Assembly (NCBI GenBank): GCA_944332265.1
Contig: CALVJQ010000006.1
Span: 1,021 to 65,020 of the forward strand
From: an uncultured Bacilli bacterium
GTDB taxonomy: Bacteria; Bacillota_I; Bacilli_A; RF39; UBA660
DNA: 64,000 bases
Reading direction: 5' to 3'
Shown here in pieces: positions 58,687 through 64,000 of this stretch. The position numbers and the translations under genes are program-made. Position 1 is the first letter of the stretch, and every line of letters starts with the position of its first letter. Under the pieces are notes generated by a model, which was given only the letters and a program-made list of their open reading frames with translations, did no database searches and was not told where the DNA came from.

Positions 58687-58713
58687 ATAAAAAAAAGAAG
58701 TATGACACTTCTT
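58687..58713 (-). terminator. rho-independent terminator after the 428-aa CAP gene
   Basis: Minus strand reads AAGAAGT-GTCAT-ACTTCTT followed by an 8-nt T-run. A TTGACA -35 box (58687..58682) for the helicase gene follows immediately. Confidence 0.65.
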
Positions 58714-59999
58714 TAACTAGAGAAAAATTGAACCCAATATGTTTTTCCATTCAAGGTGTATTTGCCAATACCTATCTTAGTATAAGCAGGATTAATCATG
58801 TTAGCATAATGTCCTTCTGAGTTACGCCAACCATTACATGCTCCTAAGTCAGAAGTATATCCATAAGCAAGATTTTCGCCATATGTACCACCGGCAGGAA
58901 CAGAGAAATTGAATCCGCTTTCATTCCAGAAAGTATCCCAACTTTTACCATTTGGACGGGTGTGTGAGAATTTATTACCATATGCCATTTCCATTGCTCT
59001 TACTGTGGCTAATATACTTAAAGTTTTGTCAACACGTAAGCCAGTTAAACCTTGTTCACTACGATATTTATTAGTTTCAGTTACGATTGTATCACGAGTA
59101 GATGAAAGATTATTATACAAATTATTGGCTTCTGGTTTCATACTATTGATAGTTCCATTAAAGCCAGAGAAATCATATTTAGTTCGAATATCTTGACGGT
59201 CAATTTCTTTTTGCGTTCCATCACTATAAACATTATAAGTTATTTTGGCTGTAGTAACTTCTTTAACACCATATTTTATATCCTTACTTTTGATAGTTAC
59301 GTTTTTAGTTATTTTATCAACTACTTTTTTTTCTGTTTTAGTTGGACTTTCTACTTTAGTTGGTTTTTGTTCTTCTTGTTTGGAATCATTCTTACTTTTA
59401 GTATTTATTTTTAAGACTGTATTCTTTTCAGTACAAACATTATTAACATCACATACTTTTAAAGTTATTTCATATGTTCCAGTTTTTGTTAAATTAGCTT
59501 GTTCGGCATTTATAAAGTATACTGTGTAACTTAGATCACCACTATTATCTTGATAAGAAGAAACGAAATCATTAGCTAAATACTTGTTATTTTCATATAT
59601 AGTAATAGTTTTTAATTCTACTTCTGGTGGGGTTGTGTCAACTATTTCTAATTTACTTCGATAGTTAATATTACCAGAGATTACAACATCATAAGTAGCT
59701 ACTTTATCAGTTTTTACTTCTACTTCTTTTTCGTTTTGGTAATAATTAATATTTAAGTTTTCTTTAGGATGATCTTCAAAGTAGTCAGTAGGTTTTGGAA
59801 CTTGAGAATTAATCTCTATTTGTAAAGAGTCTTTTACTATATTTTCTTTATTTACAGACTTAGTAGCTTCTAAAGTTGATTCAGAAGGTTTAGATGTACT
59901 ATTGATATAAATAACAGTAATTAGACTTACTGCAGTTAAACAAAATACAGAAATATAAAAAATTTTGTCAGTTATTAAACTTGTTAAATATTTCTTCAT
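58713..59999 (-). CDS. membrane-anchored Ig-like (DUF5011-like) plus CAP/SCP domain protein
   Basis: TM segment IFYISVFCLTAVSLITVIYI. Blocks DTTPPEVELKTITIYENNKYLANDF...GTYEITLKVCDVNN, NKYRSEQGLTGLRVDKTL, GENLA, SEGHYANMINPAYTKIGIG and YWVQFF. Paralogue of 46657-48309. Confidence 0.7.
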   Translation of the reverse strand: MKKYLTSLITDKIFYISVFCLTAVSLITVIYINSTSKPSESTLEATKSVNKENIVKDSLQIEINSQVPKPTDYFEDHPKENLNINYYQNEKEVEVKTDKVATYDVVISGNINYRSKLEIVDTTPPEVELKTITIYENNKYLANDFVSSYQDNSGDLSYTVYFINAEQANLTKTGTYEITLKVCDVNNVCTEKNTVLKINTKSKNDSKQEEQKPTKVESPTKTEKKVVDKITKNVTIKSKDIKYGVKEVTTAKITYNVYSDGTQKEIDRQDIRTKYDFSGFNGTINSMKPEANNLYNNLSSTRDTIVTETNKYRSEQGLTGLRVDKTLSILATVRAMEMAYGNKFSHTRPNGKSWDTFWNESGFNFSVPAGGTYGENLAYGYTSDLGACNGWRNSEGHYANMINPAYTKIGIGKYTLNGKTYWVQFFSS

Positions 60000-60109
60000 A
60001 CTATCAAACCTACTTTTTTTTAGTATATCACAATTTGTTAATGGTTGTTTCTTTTAATTTAATATTTTACATGTTATAATAAATTAGTAATAAAATAAGG
60101 AGAATGGTT

Positions 60110-62461
60110 ATGAATGAGTATGATACTAATGAATATTTAGCTAAGATGAATAAATATTGGAATGCAGCAAATTATTTATCTGCATGTCAACTGTATTTAT
60201 TAGATAATCCCCTTTTAAAGAGAAAGTTAAAAAAAGAAGATGTAAAGAAAAAAATTGTTGGGCATTGGGGAACAATTCCAGGACAAACTTTTGTCTATAC
60301 CCATTTAAATAGAATTATTAATAAATATGATTTAAATATGATTTATATTTCTGGTCCTGGTCATGGAGGAAATGCAATTGTTAGTCATGTTTATCTAGAA
60401 GGAACATATACTGATTTTTATCCTTCTGTTTCACAAGATGAAAATGGACTTAAAAAATTGTTTAAGCAATTTTCCTTTCCAGGTGGTATTTCTTCACATG
60501 TAGCACCAGAGACTCCTGGTTCAATTAATGAAGGCGGAGAATTAGGTTATAGTTTAGCTCATGCTTTTGGTGCTGTGTTTGATAATCCAGATTTAATAGC
60601 TGCTGTAGTTGTGGGAGATGGCGAAGCAGAAACTGCTAGTTTAGCTACTTCTTGGCATTCAAATAAGTTTTTAAATCCTGCTAATGATGGAGCTGTTTTA
60701 CCTATTTTACATTTAAATGGTTACAAAATAAGTAATCCGACTGTTTTTTCAAGAATAAGTGAAGATGAGTTAGTTAGTTTCTTTCATGGATGTGGATGGG
60801 AACCTATAATAGTAGCTGGGGATGAACCAATAAAGATGCATAAAGAAATGGCAGCTGCTTTAGATTCATGTATTGAAAAAATTAAGTTAATTCAAAGGAA
60901 TGCACGAAGTAAAAAAGTTGATGCTAGACCTTTTTGGCCAATGATTGTTCTTAGGACTCCTAAAGGTTGGACTGGGCCAAAAATTGTTGATAATAAAGAA
61001 ATTGAAGGTACTTTTAGAGCACATCAAGTTCCTATTGATATGACAAAAGAAAATCATCTTGAATTATTAGAAAATTGGTTAAAAAGTTATCATCCTGAAG
61101 AGTTGTTTGATGCAATGGGAAAACTAAGACCAGAACTTCAAGAATTGGCTCCTAAAGGGATAAAGAGAATGGGAAGTAATCCTGTTGCTAATGGTGGTCA
61201 TTTATTAAAGGATTTAATTTTACCAGATTTTAGAAAGTATGCATTAGAAATTAATAAACCTGGAGAAATAGAAGCTCAAGATATGATTGAATTAGGGCGT
61301 TATGTTAGAGATGTTTTTAAATTAAATAAGCAAAATAAGAATTTTAGAATTTTCGGACCAGATGAGACGATGTCTAATCGTTTAAATCATAGTTTTGAAG
61401 CAGAAAACAGAAGTTGGATGGCAGAGTTAAAGGATAATGATGAATTCTTAGCACGTGATGGTAGAATAATGGATGGAATGTTATCAGAAAATATGTGTCA
61501 AGGATGGTTAGAAGGATATCTTTTAACAGGAAGACATGGATTTTTTGCTAGTTATGAAGCTTTTGTTAGGGTAATTGATTCAATGGCTTCACAACATGCT
61601 AAATGGTTAAAAATATGTAAACAATTGTCATGGCGTGAGAAAATTGCTTCATTGAACTATATTTTAACAAGTAATGTATGGCAACAAGACCATAATGGTT
61701 ATACACATCAAGATCCTGGTTTCTTAGATCATTTAGCGACTAAGAAAGCTGATATTACACGCATTTATTTGCCACCAGATACTAATTGTCTTCTTTCTTG
61801 TTTTGAACACTGTATGAAGAGTAAGGATTATATTAATGTATTGGTAGCTTCTAAACATCTAAGACCTCAATGGTTAACAATGGAACAAGCAGTTAAGCAT
61901 TGTACACAAGGATTAGGAATTTGGGATTTTGCTAGTAATGATCAAGAAAGTGATCCTGACTTAATTATGGCTTGCGCAGGAGAGACTCCTACTTTAGAAG
62001 CTTTAGCTGCTGTTTCTATATTAAATGAACATCTACCTAAGTTAAAAATTAGATTTATCAATGTTGTTGATCTCTTTAAATTACAGACTAAGAGTAAACA
62101 CCCTCATGGTTTAAGTGATGAAGAATATGATGCTTTATTTACTAAGAAAAAACCAATATTATTTAATTTCCATGGATACCCTTCTTTAATTCATGAATTA
62201 CTATATGAACGTTATAATCATAATATTACAGTAAAAGGATATATGGAAGAAGGTTCAATTACGACTCCATTTGATATGCGTGTACAAAATGAAATAGATC
62301 GCTATCATTTAGTAATTGAAGTCTGTAGAATGGTTCCTAATTTAGGAAGTAAAGGCATTTATTTAACTAAATTAATGAATGAAAAATTAGTTGAACATAA
62401 AGAATATATTCATGAGTATGGTATTGATATGCCTGAAATAAGAGATTGGAAATGGAAATAA
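60110..62461 (+). CDS. xfp: phosphoketolase (xylulose-5-P/fructose-6-P phosphoketolase)
   Basis: [45 protein letters not shown] and GDGEAETA are phosphoketolase/ThDP motifs. ATG 60110 is preferred over 60104, which abuts the RBS. Confidence 0.92.
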   Translation: MNEYDTNEYLAKMNKYWNAANYLSACQLYLLDNPLLKRKLKKEDVKKKIVGHWGTIPGQTFVYTHLNRIINKYDLNMIYISGPGHGGNAIVSHVYLEGTYTDFYPSVSQDENGLKKLFKQFSFPGGISSHVAPETPGSINEGGELGYSLAHAFGAVFDNPDLIAAVVVGDGEAETASLATSWHSNKFLNPANDGAVLPILHLNGYKISNPTVFSRISEDELVSFFHGCGWEPIIVAGDEPIKMHKEMAAALDSCIEKIKLIQRNARSKKVDARPFWPMIVLRTPKGWTGPKIVDNKEIEGTFRAHQVPIDMTKENHLELLENWLKSYHPEELFDAMGKLRPELQELAPKGIKRMGSNPVANGGHLLKDLILPDFRKYALEINKPGEIEAQDMIELGRYVRDVFKLNKQNKNFRIFGPDETMSNRLNHSFEAENRSWMAELKDNDEFLARDGRIMDGMLSENMCQGWLEGYLLTGRHGFFASYEAFVRVIDSMASQHAKWLKICKQLSWREKIASLNYILTSNVWQQDHNGYTHQDPGFLDHLATKKADITRIYLPPDTNCLLSCFEHCMKSKDYINVLVASKHLRPQWLTMEQAVKHCTQGLGIWDFASNDQESDPDLIMACAGETPTLEALAAVSILNEHLPKLKIRFINVVDLFKLQTKSKHPHGLSDEEYDALFTKKKPILFNFHGYPSLIHELLYERYNHNITVKGYMEEGSITTPFDMRVQNEIDRYHLVIEVCRMVPNLGSKGIYLTKLMNEKLVEHKEYIHEYGIDMPEIRDWKWK

Positions 62462-62495
62462 AAAGAAGTTAACGTTTAAATTAACTTCTTTTTTT
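62462..62495. terminator. terminator between the convergent phosphoketolase and membrane-protein genes
   Basis: 10-bp stem AAGAAGTTAA/TTAACTTCTT followed by TTTTT. Confidence 0.65.
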
Positions 62496-63396
62496 ATTGT
62501 TTTAGAGAATTATCTTGACTTTCATCTAATACTTCGGTTTCGCTTGGAGATAAATTGTTTTCATTATTAATTAAAACTGTTTGACTTGCAAGAGATTCAT
62601 TATTACTTATGTTTACTTTTTGATTATTTTTATTTGTAAGTTTTTTGATAATAATATTAGTAATAATAAGAATAATAGCAACTATTAAACTTACTAAAGC
62701 AATATTAACTAGGTTGTCGGAAATGGTTGTTAATAATTTATCACTTAGAAGGTCTTCGTCACTAACAAAAGAGATTACTTTACCAAATAAACCGCTTATA
62801 ATGGCATTAAAAATTAAAACAGTAGCAATATGGGTTAGAATCTTACGACCTCTTAAGAAGAATATTAATAAGCCACAAATTATTATAATTATAATTAAAG
62901 TTATCATAATTGAATTAGAAAAAATTATTTGGAAAACACTAGTCATTGAAGGATTTTCAGTTGGTTTGCTTTCAACTAACGATTCTTCAATTTCTGTAAA
63001 ATAGTCATCAATTAATTTTTCATCAATTTCTTTACCAGTTTCAGCAGTATATTTTTCGCTAGCTTCTTCAATTAGATTTTGAAAATCAGTAGTATATTTT
63101 TGATAATCACTTTCTACTCCTAAATAGTATTTTAAATATTCAGTTATCATATTATTAAAAGATTCTTGCATTTCCTTTTCATTAAAATATTCACTAACTT
63201 TAAAATCTGTTGTTCCTAAAAGATCATTAAAGTAATCATCGCTTGTAATATTAAGTTCAGCATCTATGGCATCAGTTATTATATTCGTAATCGTTGTTCC
63301 TGTCAGTAATGAACGAATAGAAAAAATAAAGGTAGCACATAAAATAGTAACAAACATTATAATTCCAAGGAAAAAAGATAGTATTTTTTTTATCAT
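62494..63396 (-). CDS. hypothetical polytopic membrane protein
   Basis: Four predicted TM helices (e.g. ILSFFLGIIMFVTILCATFIF, MITLIIIIIICGLLIFFL) and a soluble acidic insert. Unrecognised family. Confidence 0.55.
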   Translation of the reverse strand: MIKKILSFFLGIIMFVTILCATFIFSIRSLLTGTTITNIITDAIDAELNITSDDYFNDLLGTTDFKVSEYFNEKEMQESFNNMITEYLKYYLGVESDYQKYTTDFQNLIEEASEKYTAETGKEIDEKLIDDYFTEIEESLVESKPTENPSMTSVFQIIFSNSIMITLIIIIIICGLLIFFLRGRKILTHIATVLIFNAIISGLFGKVISFVSDEDLLSDKLLTTISDNLVNIALVSLIVAIILIITNIIIKKLTNKNNQKVNISNNESLASQTVLINNENNLSPSETEVLDESQDNSLKQ

Positions 63397-63478
63397 AAAC
63401 TCAACTCCTATATCTATTATAATATTTATGTTTATTTTTTTCTATCTTTTTTGTTATATAATATAGTTGGTGATAACT

Positions 63479-64000
63479 ATGGATAAAATAGAAAAATTAC
63501 AAACTTTAATTGATAAGGCGAAAAATATAGTATTTTTCGGAGGAGCTGGGGTTAGTACCGAATCAGGAATTAAAGATTTTCGTAGTAAAGATGGTTTATA
63601 TAGGCAAAAGTTTGATTATCCACCTGAAGTTTATTTGAGTAGAAGTTTTTTTAATCAACATCCAGATTTATTTTATCAATTTTATCGTGAGAAATTAAAT
63701 TGTTTAGAAGCTAAACCAAATATTTGTCATAATTATTTAGTAAAATTAGAAAATGAAGGTAAATTATCGGCTATTATTACCCAGAATATAGATGGATTAC
63801 ATGAAAAAGCTGGTTCTAAAAAGGTATTACCGATTCATGGAACGATATATAAAAATCATTGCCTTAATTGTCATAAGTTTTATGAAGCTGAAGCTGTTTT
63901 TAATAGTAAAGGTATTCCAAGATGTTCTTGTGGGGGCATAATAAAACCTGATGTTGTATTATATGAAGAAAATTTAGATGAAAATATGATAATAAAAGCA
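63479..64000 (+). CDS. cobB: NAD-dependent protein deacylase (Sir2 family), 5' part; continues past the window end
   Basis: Manual translation gives MDKIEKLQTLIDKAKNIVFFGGAGVSTESGIKDFRSKDGLY...ITQNIDGLHEKAG...HG...C..C, which are sirtuin motifs. GGTGA RBS. Absent from the ORF track because no stop lies in the window. Confidence 0.85.
   Translation, partial: MDKIEKLQTLIDKAKNIVFFGGAGVSTESGIKDFRSKDGLYRQKFDYPPEVYLSRSFFNQHPDLFYQFYREKLNCLEAKPNICHNYLVKLENEGKLSAIITQNIDGLHEKAGSKKVLPIHGTIYKNHCLNCHKFYEAEAVFNSKGIPRCSCGGIIKPDVVLYEENLDENMIIKA

Noticed and set aside
1-64000. Search for CRISPR arrays, tRNA or rRNA genes, IS elements or transposases, integrases and prophage blocks.
   Set aside because: No regularly spaced direct repeats, no cloverleaf-like GC-rich ~75-nt islands and no recognisable transposase, integrase, capsid or terminase proteins were seen by eye. 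The only notable DNA repeats are in-frame coding repeats.

Overview
The window is a very AT-rich chromosomal segment from an endospore-forming, low-GC Bacillota organism. Gene content and protein style suggest a Clostridia- or Erysipelotrichales-like anaerobe, but that is inference. No rRNA, tRNA, CRISPR array, transposase or prophage genes were recognised.

Most genes lie on the minus strand. The recognisable core is:
- scpA-scpB followed by a pentapeptide-repeat gene
- a sigF-like sigma factor followed by spoVAC-spoVAD-spoVAE
- proS behind a T-box leader
- an S11 D-Ala-D-Ala carboxypeptidase
- a remodelled rimP-nusA-ylxR-infB-rbfA ... truB ... rpsO-pnp block
- trmL, cotJ(A/B)-cotJC, a ynbB-type PLP enzyme with an SDR, phosphoketolase, and a sirtuin that is truncated at the window end

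The poorly understood part lies mainly between about 35.7 and 60 kb:
1. A tightly coupled two-gene operon whose first product contains a RelE/ParE-like fold.
2. A class B sortase carrying an unusual ~285-aa cytoplasmic N-terminal domain, divergently paired with a Cys-rich NPDTG-anchored surface protein.
3. A 1390-aa orphan protein with no recognisable motifs.
4. A probable spore- or cell-surface module: a GT2-TPR glycosyltransferase, an atypical collagen-like protein, and three paralogous TM-Ig-like proteins, two of which end in a CAP domain.
5. A 995-aa coiled-coil/PT-linker protein at the end of a six-gene cluster.
6. A helicase IV-like gene whose intact 565-codon frame has no canonical start codon. 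The ORF track shows only its 3' half.

All functional calls rest on motif recognition by eye. No database search was run.
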